Notes under the pieces: generated by a model
Databases searched by the model: none
What the model was told of the DNA's origin: nothing
The model's input: only the letters and a program-made list of their open reading frames with translations
IMG/VR virus record: IMGVR_UViG_3300020021_000016
Coordinates: 1 to 55,005 of that record
DNA: 55,005 bases
DNA from: a virus
Lineage: Duplodnaviria > Caudoviricetes
Strand: one strand, 5' to 3'
Translations under genes and position numbers: made by a program
Part shown: one piece after another, positions 36,307 through 44,774 of the stretch
How positions within the stretch are numbered: position 1 is the stretch's first letter
Layout: the number at the start of each line of letters is the position of its first letter

Positions 36307-36477
36307 ATGTTCGAAGTTTGGATTCCGTTCATCGTCTGCGTCTTCGGTTTGTTGATCTGGGCCGTCTCCTCCAGGAGCACGCCTGCGAATCCGATCCTCG
36401 TCGAGGGCGGGAAGATCGCATTCGCCTTTGGGTTGCTCGTCACGCTGTACGAGTGCGCCGTCCATGTCTTTCGCTGA
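36307..36477 (+). CDS. Small two-TM protein (56 aa; holin/antiholin candidate)
   Basis: AAAGGA SD; MFEVWIPFIVCVFGLLIWAV...GKIAFAFGLLVTL; follows endolysin; not in the ORF track. Confidence 0.65.
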   Translation: MFEVWIPFIVCVFGLLIWAVSSRSTPANPILVEGGKIAFAFGLLVTLYECAVHVFR

Positions 36478-36489
36478 ACGGAGGCCGCG

Positions 36490-36762
36490 ATGGACGACGA
36501 CGAGACGCACGTCGAAGACGAAGACGAGGACATCGAGCTCGACAAGCGCCCGACGCGCGAGCTGATCACGGTCGTGCGCGGTGGCGTGCGGATCCACCGC
36601 GAGCGCAGCGGGAACATCCTGATCCACTGCCGCGGCGACGGAAGCGCGCATTGCCAGGCGGCCGACATCCCCGACCTGATCGCGGCGATCGCCGAGATCC
36701 TTCGCACGGATCTCGCGGGCAAGACTTCGGCGTCATCGACGGAGCCGACCGAGGAGCCGTGA
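36490..36762 (+). CDS. Hypothetical protein, acidic N-terminus
   Basis: GGAGG SD. Confidence 0.65.
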   Translation: MDDDETHVEDEDEDIELDKRPTRELITVVRGGVRIHRERSGNILIHCRGDGSAHCQAADIPDLIAAIAEILRTDLAGKTSASSTEPTEEP

Positions 36763-36986
36763 GCGACGAGCGCGACAAGATCGTCACCGATCCGATCGAG
36801 CCGCTCGATCCGCTCGAACCGCGCACGTCGACGCGGAAGACGACGGCCGAGATGGAGCTCTATCTCGATGAGATCGACCACATGGCCGAGTTTCACGAAT
36901 GGTTCGCGGCGAGCCTTCGCAAGGCCAAGGCGACGAAGGCAGACGACGAGCCGATTCGCGTACGGCTGAGGATCACGGTCGAGTAG
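36759..36986 (+). CDS. Hypothetical protein
   Basis: GAGGAG SD and GTGA overlap. Confidence 0.6.
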   Translation: MSDERDKIVTDPIEPLDPLEPRTSTRKTTAEMELYLDEIDHMAEFHEWFAASLRKAKATKADDEPIRVRLRITVE

Positions 36987-37170
36987 CTGCAGGCCTCAAC
37001 AGCGGACCGCCGATGCCAACTTGATCGGCTCGGTTTCTCCAGCGCCTGAGATGCTCGTTATATCGCTTCGTCCACTCGGACTTGTCGTAGCCAGGAGTGC
37101 CGACCGCGGCCGTCCATTGCCGGTGAAACTCGGCCTCGTCGATCTCGAATTGTTCGTAGAAGTCACCCAT
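36973..37170 (-). CDS. Hypothetical protein
   Basis: Last gene of a small leftward operon. Confidence 0.55.
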   Translation of the reverse strand: MGDFYEQFEIDEAEFHRQWTAAVGTPGYDKSEWTKRYNEHLRRWRNRADQVGIGGPLLRPAATRP

Positions 37171-37172
37171 AA

Positions 37173-37400
37173 CTATGACTCTCGCATCGAATCCTCGACG
37201 GCCGCGTGCAGCTCGGCGAGGAGGGCGATTTCGCGCTGGATTGCGCGGTAGGTGTCCATCGTCGCGACCGATGCTGCTGAACCGCCGCCCAGCGCGCGCC
37301 TGACATCGGTGACGTCAGCGCCGGCTGCCTCGAGTGCCATCTCCCTGTCCCGCCGCATCCGGACGAGGTGCTCCTTGAACCGAACGGGGTCGAGGATCAT
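37173..37400 (-). CDS. Hypothetical helical protein
   Basis: ATGA overlap with the upstream gene. Confidence 0.6.
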   Translation of the reverse strand: MILDPVRFKEHLVRMRRDREMALEAAGADVTDVRRALGGGSAASVATMDTYRAIQREIALLAELHAAVEDSMRES

Positions 37401-37756
37401 GGCGATCCCTTCGCGAGCTTCTCTTCGGCCGCGACGCGCAACCACTCGGATAACGACAGCTCGATTGCGGCTGCCGCTTGCTCCCAGCGGAAGCGCTCCT
37501 CCTTGGTCGCGCGCAGCGTGACCGGCTTGCCCGCCGATTCCGCGCGCGGTTTGCGACCGTCGAGACGCCGAGCGAAGTTATTTCGCGCGGCCGCTTCGGA
37601 CCGATAGAACTCAGTCGCGCGCGGGATCCCATTGCAGAGCGCTCGCGTGATCGTCCACTGGCGCTCGCCGGTCTGGTGAAGCTGGTCGACGATCGGCCAG
37701 TCCGTTCCCGACTTCGTGGACTTGCCGATTTCGATCTCGTCGAGAAGTTTGCGCAC
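37397..37756 (-). CDS. Protein with C-terminal ribbon-helix-helix-like domain
   Basis: KPVTLRATKEERFRWEQAA....LSLSEWLR. Confidence 0.65.
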   Translation of the reverse strand: MRKLLDEIEIGKSTKSGTDWPIVDQLHQTGERQWTITRALCNGIPRATEFYRSEAAARNNFARRLDGRKPRAESAGKPVTLRATKEERFRWEQAAAAIELSLSEWLRVAAEEKLAKGSP

Positions 37757-37759
37757 GGC

Positions 37760-37993
37760 TTACTCGTGTCCGTCGCGGTTCATGACCGACGATACCGACG
37801 CGCGACCCGTGCGAACGGCTTCGACGTCGGCGTTGGTGTTCGCGCCGAAGAACTCGCAACCGAACACGTGGCGGATATCTTTCTCGGTCCGAACGTCCCA
37901 CGGCTGCGAACGAGCGCAACGGCTGCAACCCTTGCAGCGGATCTTGGTGACCTGGCCCGGCATCTCGGTAACTTCGAATTTCGAATCGTCCAT
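37760..37993 (-). CDS. Small Cys-rich protein, probably leaderless
   Basis: CKGCSRC...H...C; ATG 6 nt after a -10 box. Confidence 0.6.
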   Translation of the reverse strand: MDDSKFEVTEMPGQVTKIRCKGCSRCARSQPWDVRTEKDIRHVFGCEFFGANTNADVEAVRTGRASVSSVMNRDGHE

Positions 37994-37999
37994 GTCTTC

Positions 38000-38044
38000 A
38001 CTCTAGCGATTCGTCGTACGCAACGCAATATGATTCGTACGACG
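38000..38044 (-). promoter_or_regulatory. Sigma70-type promoter with overlapping palindromic operator
   Basis: TTGCGT-N17-TAGAGT on the - strand; inverted repeat CGTCGTACG-N15-CGTACGACG at 38012-38044. Confidence 0.65.
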
Positions 38045-38207
38045 TAACTAAGATCGTGGGGTACGGATCGGGTAGCCGGTCACGCGGCGAGCTCGAGGCG
38101 AAGGGCTCTGAAACCGGGCGCGAGCAACTGAGCCTCGGCTGAAGTCTTGACGCTCACCGGTTGCACACGTAGCGTCTAAGTGCGCGCAGTCATTGACTCC
38201 GCCGAGC

Positions 38208-38251
38208 ACTGAAAATCCGCGTGTCGGCGGTTCAACTCCGTCCCTGGGCAC
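38208..38251 (+). other. attP: attP core: 3' half of tRNA-Phe(GAA)
   Basis: ACTGAAAATCCGCGTGTCGGCGGTTCAACTCCGTCCCTGGGCAC = anticodon loop to acceptor; no 5' half; about 110 bp from the int stop; GTTGC(A/T)CA repeats flank it. Confidence 0.85.
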
Positions 38252-38358
38252 GTAACCACGCGAGATCACCGACGACGAAGCCTGCGACACCTGCAGGCTT
38301 CGTCTCATTGGTGGCACCCATTGCCACTGGCGTTGCACACCGGTTGCTCAACCGGCAC

Positions 38359-39408
38359 TTACGCGGCGCGGATCCTGGGCAGCTTGGCGATCGCGGCCTC
38401 GAACGTGCGGTCATCGAGCTTGCCGTACACGAGCTCGACCATCTTCGTGCTCGAGTGCCCGAGCAGCCTGGCCACCGTGTAAGAGTCGAGGCCTCGCTGC
38501 TTGAGCCAGCTCGCGAACGTCCGGCGCAGGTCGTTCGGCGAGACGACCGGCATCGGCTCAGGCGGCTTGCGCCTCGCCTTCGTGGCCTTCTCCGTGGCGC
38601 GTCGATTCGCGCGGACCACCGCCGCCCGCAGATCGCGCCGAACGTTCGGCCAGCGCGAAACCACGGCGTCCGTCGGGCCGCTCTTGCCGCGATGCCTCCG
38701 GAGCCGCGCTGCGAGGTCCGGATCGATCGGCACGATCCGATATCGGCTCTCGCGCTTCGTCCCCGGCACGCGAAGACGGCGCGCCTTCAGATCGACGTGC
38801 GCCCAGAGCAGGCCCTCGATCTCGGACAGCGACAGCCCGGCCATGATCGCGATCGCGGCCCACAGCGCCTTCCCGTCCGCGAGCTCGGCCAGGAGCGCGA
38901 AGGCTTGCGCCGGCGTGAGCCAGCGTTCTCGCGGCCGGTAGCGAACCTTGATGGTCGGCACGAGCGATCGAGCGTCGCCGCGCCAAAGCCCTCGCGTGCT
39001 CGCCTCGGCTAGCGAGCGCCGAAGGACCACGAGCTCCTTGTGCAACGTGTGGTCGCCGATGGCGAGCTTTCGCAGCCGGCAGTACGCAAGGATCGAATCG
39101 CGCGTGATCGACGCGAGCTCGACGTCGCCCATGCCCTCGAGGAGCGCCGCACCCTTCTGCTTGTACGATCGCCACGTCCCGTCGGCGTTCGATTGCTCGA
39201 CGACGTTGAGCAGGTCGCCGATCGCGCGCCTCAACGTGTGGTGCGCGTGCGAGGCCGCGTCGGTCGATACCAGCTCGTGTTGTCGGAGCCGCTGCCTCGC
39301 GACGACGGGGTCGCGCGTGCGGAGCGTCCGCCGGTGGTGCCGGTTCTTCGCGTCGGTCCAGTAGCCGTAGTACGTGCCGCCGGGCTTGCGCTGGTAGATG
39401 GTTCCCAT
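38359..39408 (-). CDS. int: Tyrosine recombinase/integrase
   Basis: GLSLSE, GTK, NDLRRTFASWL, LLGH, VY motifs; adjacent to attP and xis. Confidence 0.9.
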   Translation of the reverse strand: MGTIYQRKPGGTYYGYWTDAKNRHHRRTLRTRDPVVARQRLRQHELVSTDAASHAHHTLRRAIGDLLNVVEQSNADGTWRSYKQKGAALLEGMGDVELASITRDSILAYCRLRKLAIGDHTLHKELVVLRRSLAEASTRGLWRGDARSLVPTIKVRYRPRERWLTPAQAFALLAELADGKALWAAIAIMAGLSLSEIEGLLWAHVDLKARRLRVPGTKRESRYRIVPIDPDLAARLRRHRGKSGPTDAVVSRWPNVRRDLRAAVVRANRRATEKATKARRKPPEPMPVVSPNDLRRTFASWLKQRGLDSYTVARLLGHSSTKMVELVYGKLDDRTFEAAIAKLPRIRAA

Positions 39409-39569
39409 GGGAGCTCGGTTCGGGTCGCAAGGTATCGCGAGAGAGCTTCCTCGGGCACGCGGATCAGGCGACCGACGCGAACGTGCACGCACTCCCGCGC
39501 GATCCGATATGCGGTCGCCCGCGAGACGCCGACGCGATCGGCGATCTGATCGGGCGAGAGATAGTTCAT
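39231..39569 (-). CDS. xis: Excisionase-like HTH protein
   Basis: YLSPDQIADRVGVSRATAYR...VRVGRLIRVP...L..YL; tail overlaps the int 5' end. Confidence 0.8.
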   Translation of the reverse strand: MNYLSPDQIADRVGVSRATAYRIARECVHVRVGRLIRVPEEALSRYLATRTELPWEPSTSASPAARTTATGPTRRTGTTGGRSARATPSSRGSGSDNTSWYRPTRPRTRTTR

Positions 39570-39838
39570 CCTTGATCCAAGTCGTCGTGGGTGTCTGCGT
39601 ACTGACGTCGGTAGTCCTCGTGCTGCCGGCGGCCTCGCGCGGTTTGCTCCTCGATCTCGTAGATCGCCAACGCCAGCTTGTCGATGACGCCTTGCGCGCC
39701 GGTCACCGACAGCTCGACGTCGATCCAGCGCATCTCGCCATCGACGCGACCCTGCGCCGAGAGCTTGATCGTGGCGCCGTCGCTCGCGACCCAAACGGAT
39801 CGCTTGCGCTTCCCGCGTGCGGCGCAGGTGGACTTCAC
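39566..39838 (-). CDS. Hypothetical protein
   Basis: GTGA/ATGA overlaps on both sides. Confidence 0.55.
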   Translation of the reverse strand: MKSTCAARGKRKRSVWVASDGATIKLSAQGRVDGEMRWIDVELSVTGAQGVIDKLALAIYEIEEQTARGRRQHEDYRRQYADTHDDLDQG

Positions 39839-40068
39839 CCGAGCCTCCGCATCATTCGCGTGCACACCCGCCACGGCGGCGTGCCGTTCATCGGATCGAA
39901 CATATACGTCCCGCCGCAGACCTCGCGCTCCGCTGGCAGCGACGGCAGCCACTGGCCATTGTCGAGCGCGCAGCCGCAGAACGCGCACCTCTGGATGAGG
40001 CGCGGTCGCCGGAACAGTCGAGCGAGGCGACGCCAGAAGCTGGCGACGGTGCGAGCGGTGGGGATCAC
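39835..40068 (-). CDS. Small Cys-motif protein
   Basis: GTGA overlaps; CAFCGC. Confidence 0.55.
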   Translation of the reverse strand: MIPTARTVASFWRRLARLFRRPRLIQRCAFCGCALDNGQWLPSLPAEREVCGGTYMFDPMNGTPPWRVCTRMMRRLG

Positions 40069-40649
40069 GGCGCGACCTCGAGGCTCGCGGTGCCGAGCGA
40101 TTCGTTGCCCCAGTAGCTCCATCCGATCCGTGGCTGCTTCTCTCGGCTGAACAGCTCCACGTACGGGCCAGGTGAGACGTGCTCGATCAGCGAGTAGCAT
40201 TCGTGCGGCTTCGCGCTGTGCTTCGGGTGCCCGTCCTCGTAGCGGCGTTTCCAGTTGAACCACGTGCCGGTCAGCCGGTTGCGCTGCTGCAGACGACCGC
40301 GGCGCGCGAAGAGCAGGAACTCCGTCGTGATCCCGAACGACGCGCCGAGACCGCCGCCCATCGCGTTCTTCGCCCAGACGAGTGCAGTCGAATACTCGAA
40401 CCGCCACGCGCGGACGATCGCGAATGCATCCTCGAGATAGCCGTTCGTCGTCCAGCAGTAGAGGTGAGCGTCATCGGCCGCGAGCTCGGCGATCGGCAGC
40501 GCTGCAATCTCGGCGATCGACATCGTGCTGTAAGGGAGCGGCTTGTTCGGAGCGCCGTCGTAGCTGTCGCCAAAGCCAGCCCGACCGACCGACCGACCGA
40601 TGTGATGGTATGGCCATGGTGAATCGACGAGCAGCGTCGAGAACTTCAC
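40065..40649 (-). CDS. MT-A70 family adenine methyltransferase
   Basis: LLVDSPW, YSTMS..EI.ALP, LYCWTTN, W.K, TEF.L...RG, HSAKP, VELFSR, WGNE. Confidence 0.88.
   Translation of the reverse strand: MKFSTLLVDSPWPYHHIGRSVGRAGFGDSYDGAPNKPLPYSTMSIAEIAALPIAELAADDAHLYCWTTNGYLEDAFAIVRAWRFEYSTALVWAKNAMGGGLGASFGITTEFLLFARRGRLQQRNRLTGTWFNWKRRYEDGHPKHSAKPHECYSLIEHVSPGPYVELFSREKQPRIGWSYWGNESLGTASLEVAP
40581..40600 (-). repeat. (TCGG)5 tetranucleotide repeat in the MT-A70 gene
   Basis: ccgaccgaccgaccgaccga on the + strand. Confidence 0.9.
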
Positions 40650-42280
40650 GCCGCCCTCGGCGGATTCGCGCGGATCAACGCCTCAGCTGGATCCGGCGGC
40701 ACCGCGTTGCCGCACATGCGGACCTGCGCCGTTCGCGTCAGCGGCTCGCCTTCGAAGATCGGATCGATCAGATAGTCGTCGTAGAAGCCGGTCGCGCGGA
40801 ACAGCTCGCGAGGTTCGAGCATCCGCATCAGGATGTCGGCGATGAAGTAGGGGCCATCGTCGAGCATGACCGTCACCAGGCTGAAGCGGTCTCTCGTGTC
40901 GACGGTTCCAAGCGGAGCCGATAGATGCTGCGCGACGCTGGCGCCGTTGTAGCGAATCAGGAACGCCGCGACCTGGGCGAGCTTCCAGCCTTCACCGGTA
41001 ATCGTCGGCACTGGCTCTTCCATCGAGCTCGCGCACGACGCCAGATGCCCGGCGCTCGTGCCGGCGAACTTGACCAGGTGCGCCGCGATCACCGCCTTCT
41101 GTCGCTGCGCCGTGATGGTCGCCATCGGCTCGTCGAGCGGACCGCCGATGTTCCACCCACCGCTCGCGCGCACGGAGTTGTTGTTGGTGATGAAGGGAGC
41201 GAGGAGCGCTGACGCGAGCGCGTGCCGTTGACCACAGGCGACCACGGTTCCGAGTGGTTCGTGGATGTTGAGGTAGCGCGGCCGCTGGCCTTCGCGCTCG
41301 CCCTGGCCGGACTGGATGAGGATCGGCGTGATCAACGCGTGCCGACCGCGGCCGTGCGCCGTGATCGTCGAGATGGGCTCGTCGATGCTGTAGACGCGTC
41401 GGTCTGGCGCGTCACCCTTGCTGCCGTAGCTCACCGGGATCAGGAACGGCCGCTTCTCGTCGATCACGTACCGCTTCGTCCCGGCCGCAATCCTCGTCAG
41501 CGTGGCGGTCTCGAGCGGACGCTTGATCTGGATCCCGGTCGCGCTCTTGTACTCGCGGGCTTCCTCGCGCGTCATGAAGATCGACGCGCCGAACCCGAAC
41601 TTCTCGAAGTCGATGCACTCGGCCGCGGTGCGATGCGGCTTCGACAGCATCGGTCCGTGCGTCGGCAATGGCCACGTCAACGCACGGTCGGACGCCATCA
41701 GGAAGAAGCGCTTGCGCTTCGTCGGCGAGCCGTAGTCGCAAGCCCGAAGGATTCGCCACTCGACGTTCTTGTAGAACTTGCGCAGGCGCGACACGAACCG
41801 TCGGAATGTTTGACCCTTCCGCTTCGGATCGCGCTTCATCTCGCCGTCGATCTCGATGCACGGGCCCCACTCGCGGAACTCGGGAACGTTCTCGATGAAG
41901 ATGATGGCCGGCTTGACGTCATGCGCCCATCGGACCGCGGTCCACGCGAGCGCACGGATCTTCTTGTCGATCGGCTTGCCGCCCTTCGCCGAGCTGTGGT
42001 CCTTGCAGTCGGGCGAGAACCAGGCGGCCGCCACGTCGACATCGCCGACGAGCTCGCGCGGCTTGTAGTCCCAGATATTGCCGCAGTGGTGCTGCGTCTC
42101 CGGGTGGTTGGCGGCGTGCATCGCCAGCGCTTCGGGATCGTGATTGATCGCGTGGTGCGGCGCGCGGCCGAGCGCTCGCGCGAATGCCTCGGAGACGCCA
42201 CCGCCGCCGGCGAAGTTGTCGACGATGACGTCATCGCCGGTCCAGGCGCGAAGGAGCGGCGGGCGCTGATCGTCGCTCAC
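40646..42280 (-). CDS. C5-cytosine DNA methyltransferase
   Basis: NFAGGGG, SPDC, IENV, YGSPT.RKRFF, GNAVPP; five xEPxxTIT-like repeats in the variable region. Confidence 0.92.
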   Translation of the reverse strand: MSDDQRPPLLRAWTGDDVIVDNFAGGGGVSEAFARALGRAPHHAINHDPEALAMHAANHPETQHHCGNIWDYKPRELVGDVDVAAAWFSPDCKDHSSAKGGKPIDKKIRALAWTAVRWAHDVKPAIIFIENVPEFREWGPCIEIDGEMKRDPKRKGQTFRRFVSRLRKFYKNVEWRILRACDYGSPTKRKRFFLMASDRALTWPLPTHGPMLSKPHRTAAECIDFEKFGFGASIFMTREEAREYKSATGIQIKRPLETATLTRIAAGTKRYVIDEKRPFLIPVSYGSKGDAPDRRVYSIDEPISTITAHGRGRHALITPILIQSGQGEREGQRPRYLNIHEPLGTVVACGQRHALASALLAPFITNNNSVRASGGWNIGGPLDEPMATITAQRQKAVIAAHLVKFAGTSAGHLASCASSMEEPVPTITGEGWKLAQVAAFLIRYNGASVAQHLSAPLGTVDTRDRFSLVTVMLDDGPYFIADILMRMLEPRELFRATGFYDDYLIDPIFEGEPLTRTAQVRMCGNAVPPDPAEALIRANPPRAA

Positions 42281-43011
42281 GCGGCGCTCCTTGACCATGT
42301 TCGGCACTCACACATCGAACATGCGTCGTCGAGGTCGTGACTCTCGCGTGCATGTCCGCACTCGCATGACGCGCGCGAATCAACGCGTCGAAACGAAAGT
42401 GCCCACACGAACGGATTCGCGTCCCAGCTCTCCACGCCGTTGATCGAGCGCCACAGGTCCGCGAAGTGCGCGCGGTAGCCGATGCTGCCGGCGAGACCTT
42501 GGAAGGCGCCAGAGAGGTCACCGCCCGGCGCGATCCGGTACGCGGCGCCCTCGGCCTTCGCGTCTTCCTCGGTGATGTCCTGCAGCCGCTCGACGCGGAC
42601 GTTCGTGATGTCGAGCGTGATGCGCGATGCATCGCGAGAACAGAAGATCGCGGGCGTCCACTTCACCGGATGGCGGTCGTACAGATGTGCACCGTCGGCG
42701 CGATAGACATATCCGCTCGGCGGATCATTCGGCGCGAACGTCTCCTTGACCCACAGCCGATCGCCGGCAATGCCGTATCGGCAGAGCTGCGCGAGCTCGC
42801 GCCTACCATCCTCGAAGTCGATCAGGTTCTCGAAGTGGTGCTGCTTCCACCACCAGATGCGGTGCTCCGCGTCGTACAGGACCTTTCCCTTCCACTCGTG
42901 ACGCTGGAGGTGCTCGGGCTGTGGAGTGAGGATGCGGCGAGTTTGGGACTTGGCACCGGCGAGCAGCGCCTTGATCATCCTCGACGAGAACAGCACCGGG
43001 CGCTCCTTCAC
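42277..43011 (-). CDS. ASCH/PUA-like phage protein
   Basis: ERPVLFS..MIKALLAG.KSQTRR, GDRLWVKE, SRITL.IT.VRVERLQDI, W.ANPFVW. Confidence 0.8.
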   Translation of the reverse strand: MKERPVLFSSRMIKALLAGAKSQTRRILTPQPEHLQRHEWKGKVLYDAEHRIWWWKQHHFENLIDFEDGRRELAQLCRYGIAGDRLWVKETFAPNDPPSGYVYRADGAHLYDRHPVKWTPAIFCSRDASRITLDITNVRVERLQDITEEDAKAEGAAYRIAPGGDLSGAFQGLAGSIGYRAHFADLWRSINGVESWDANPFVWALSFRRVDSRASCECGHARESHDLDDACSMCECRTWSRSAA

Positions 43012-43259
43012 GACTTCGTTCCGTTCACGCGCTCTTCGATAACGTCGCGGGCAGTTGCCAACGAGCGCATCGCCGTATCGAAGTTCACGAGCGGGTCAGG
43101 AGTGCCATCGGCGAGGATCGGCAACAGGCCGACGATCGCTTGCATCGCGCGAGCAGCCGACCAACCGCGCTTGTCGCAGAACGCGATCAGCGCGCGCATG
43201 TCGCCCTCCATCTGGCGGTAGCTCGAGCTGTCTGCGTCCATGATCTGCCGCTCCTTCAC
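43008..43259 (-). CDS. Hypothetical protein
   Basis: GGAGG SD, GTGA overlaps. Confidence 0.6.
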   Translation of the reverse strand: MKERQIMDADSSSYRQMEGDMRALIAFCDKRGWSAARAMQAIVGLLPILADGTPDPLVNFDTAMRSLATARDVIEERVNGTKS

Positions 43260-43492
43260 GGCCTCCTCCATGCACCGGCTCGGATATCCGCGGCGACGCG
43301 AAGGGCAGCAGCGTCCCTGAGCTTGCTACTCGGTTCGCTGGCATTCTGCTCGAGCCACACCGCGACGGACTCAGCCGTGCTCCCCTCGATGGCATTCACG
43401 AGCCCATCGAGATGCTCGACGCAGCGACGCAGCTTGCGCTCGACGGGATAGTCGAGGGTGCGGGAACAGGTTTCGATCGAACAGAAGCTCAC
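43256..43492 (-). CDS. Hypothetical protein
   Basis: Coupled on both sides. Confidence 0.55.
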   Translation of the reverse strand: MSFCSIETCSRTLDYPVERKLRRCVEHLDGLVNAIEGSTAESVAVWLEQNASEPSSKLRDAAALRVAADIRAGAWRRP

Positions 43493-43974
43493 GCGCTCGG
43501 CCTTTCCGGGCAGCCCTCACCGCAGATCCAGTTGAGGTCACCGTCGTCGCTGATGAGCAGCCCAAGCCGACCAGCCTCGATGTACTTGCCGCAGTTCCAG
43601 CAGTTGAAATCGTGGGGCGCCGGCACTGGCTCCGGCTCGGGGTCGGTGCATTCGTCTTCGTGCTGGCGAGCGTTCGGGTGCTGGTCGCACAGGTGCGAGC
43701 ACTGCATCTGACCGCGGTGGACGAGGCACCAGATCCACTGATGTGGGTTTTGAATGCAGTCGTCGACGACGGTGAACTCGACGCCGCACGCAGTACAGCG
43801 ATAGAACCGCTGGACGACGTCGCCGACCATGCGCTGTTGCATCGCGGTGTGGATCGGGACCGTGTCGCACGACGAGCAGGGCTTCGGCACGCACACGCGA
43901 CATGGCTGCTCGGCGCGGTGGACGATGCCGTGGCGCGCGCACTGGACGACGCCGTCGGGGAGCGCGGAGGCCAT
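43489..43974 (-). CDS. Multi-Zn-ribbon Cys/His-rich protein
   Basis: Many CxxC/CxxH pairs; coupled. Confidence 0.6.
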   Translation of the reverse strand: MASALPDGVVQCARHGIVHRAEQPCRVCVPKPCSSCDTVPIHTAMQQRMVGDVVQRFYRCTACGVEFTVVDDCIQNPHQWIWCLVHRGQMQCSHLCDQHPNARQHEDECTDPEPEPVPAPHDFNCWNCGKYIEAGRLGLLISDDGDLNWICGEGCPERPSA

Positions 43975-44162
43975 CAGAGACCACCCATCAGCAGCGCGTT
44001 ACCGTACTGCAGACACAACGCCTGCAGCTCGCGCGAGCACCAGTGGTCGCCGCGGACCGGGCGTTGCTCCGCGTACGCCATGCACGCGCGTTCGAGCGCG
44101 CCGTGGGTTTCACCAACGGCGAGAGCGCGGGCGGTACGCTTGTCGGGCGCCGGTGCGGTCAT
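43974..44162 (-). CDS. Hypothetical protein
   Basis: ATGA overlap. Confidence 0.5.
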   Translation of the reverse strand: MTAPAPDKRTARALAVGETHGALERACMAYAEQRPVRGDHWCSRELQALCLQYGNALLMGGL

Positions 44163-44368
44163 GGTCGGAACCCCACCGACATGCCGGCCAGCACTCCGAT
44201 GGAGAACGCCGCCTGCAGACCGAGGATCCATGTCGTGCGCTCGATCGACTCGACGTCGAGCAGCCACGTCGCGAGGTTCGCGGCGATCGAAATGGCGAAC
44301 GCGCCCCACAGCCATGCACGTTCGGTGCGCTTGTCGGGGGCGGCGTGCTTGTCGGTGGCGGCGTTCAT
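44159..44368 (-). CDS. Small two-TM membrane protein
   Basis: GGAGG SD; two hydrophobic segments. Confidence 0.6.
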   Translation of the reverse strand: MNAATDKHAAPDKRTERAWLWGAFAISIAANLATWLLDVESIERTTWILGLQAAFSIGVLAGMSVGFRP

Positions 44369-44583
44369 CCGTTACCTCCGAGCCGACCAATCTCTCGATC
44401 GAGATACCAGCGCGCCTTCTTCAGGTCTTCTACTGTGCGCGTCAGGTCTTTCTTGCCAGCACGCGAGATGTACTTCACCGCGTTGCCGAGGTTGAAGTTC
44501 AGCTGCCATGCCTCGATGACCTTGATGGCTTCGTACAGCGTGTCTCCACCGTAGTGCTGCGGGTGGTCGATGGGTCCCTTCAC
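44365..44583 (-). CDS. DUF3310/SaV-like protein
   Basis: IDHPQHY...EAI.VIE....FNLGNAVKYISRAGKK...EDLKKARWYL. Confidence 0.85.
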   Translation of the reverse strand: MKGPIDHPQHYGGDTLYEAIKVIEAWQLNFNLGNAVKYISRAGKKDLTRTVEDLKKARWYLDREIGRLGGNG

Positions 44584-44774
44584 CTCCACCTCAGATCGAT
44601 CGCGATGTCACGCCCGACCCACACCGCACGCCGGCTCGAGTCGATGGCGCGAACGTGGAACATCATCTCCTTCAGCCACGCGGCCTCGCTGGAAGCGTCC
44701 TCGCATACCTGCGCAGTGATCTTGAGGTGGTCGCCGCAGTCTTCGACGGCCGTGATTTGTCCGCTGATCTTCAT
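44580..44774 (-). CDS. Hypothetical protein
   Basis: Coupled on both sides. Confidence 0.55.
   Translation of the reverse strand: MKISGQITAVEDCGDHLKITAQVCEDASSEAAWLKEMMFHVRAIDSSRRAVWVGRDIAIDLRWR

Noticed and set aside
38180-38255. Complete tRNA-Phe gene
   Set aside because: No 5' acceptor strand, D arm or 5' anticodon stem; it fits an att core instead.
43974-44368. Shared APDKRT.RA N-terminal motif in two adjacent small genes
   Set aside because: Too short to distinguish an old micro-duplication from chance; no function can be supported.
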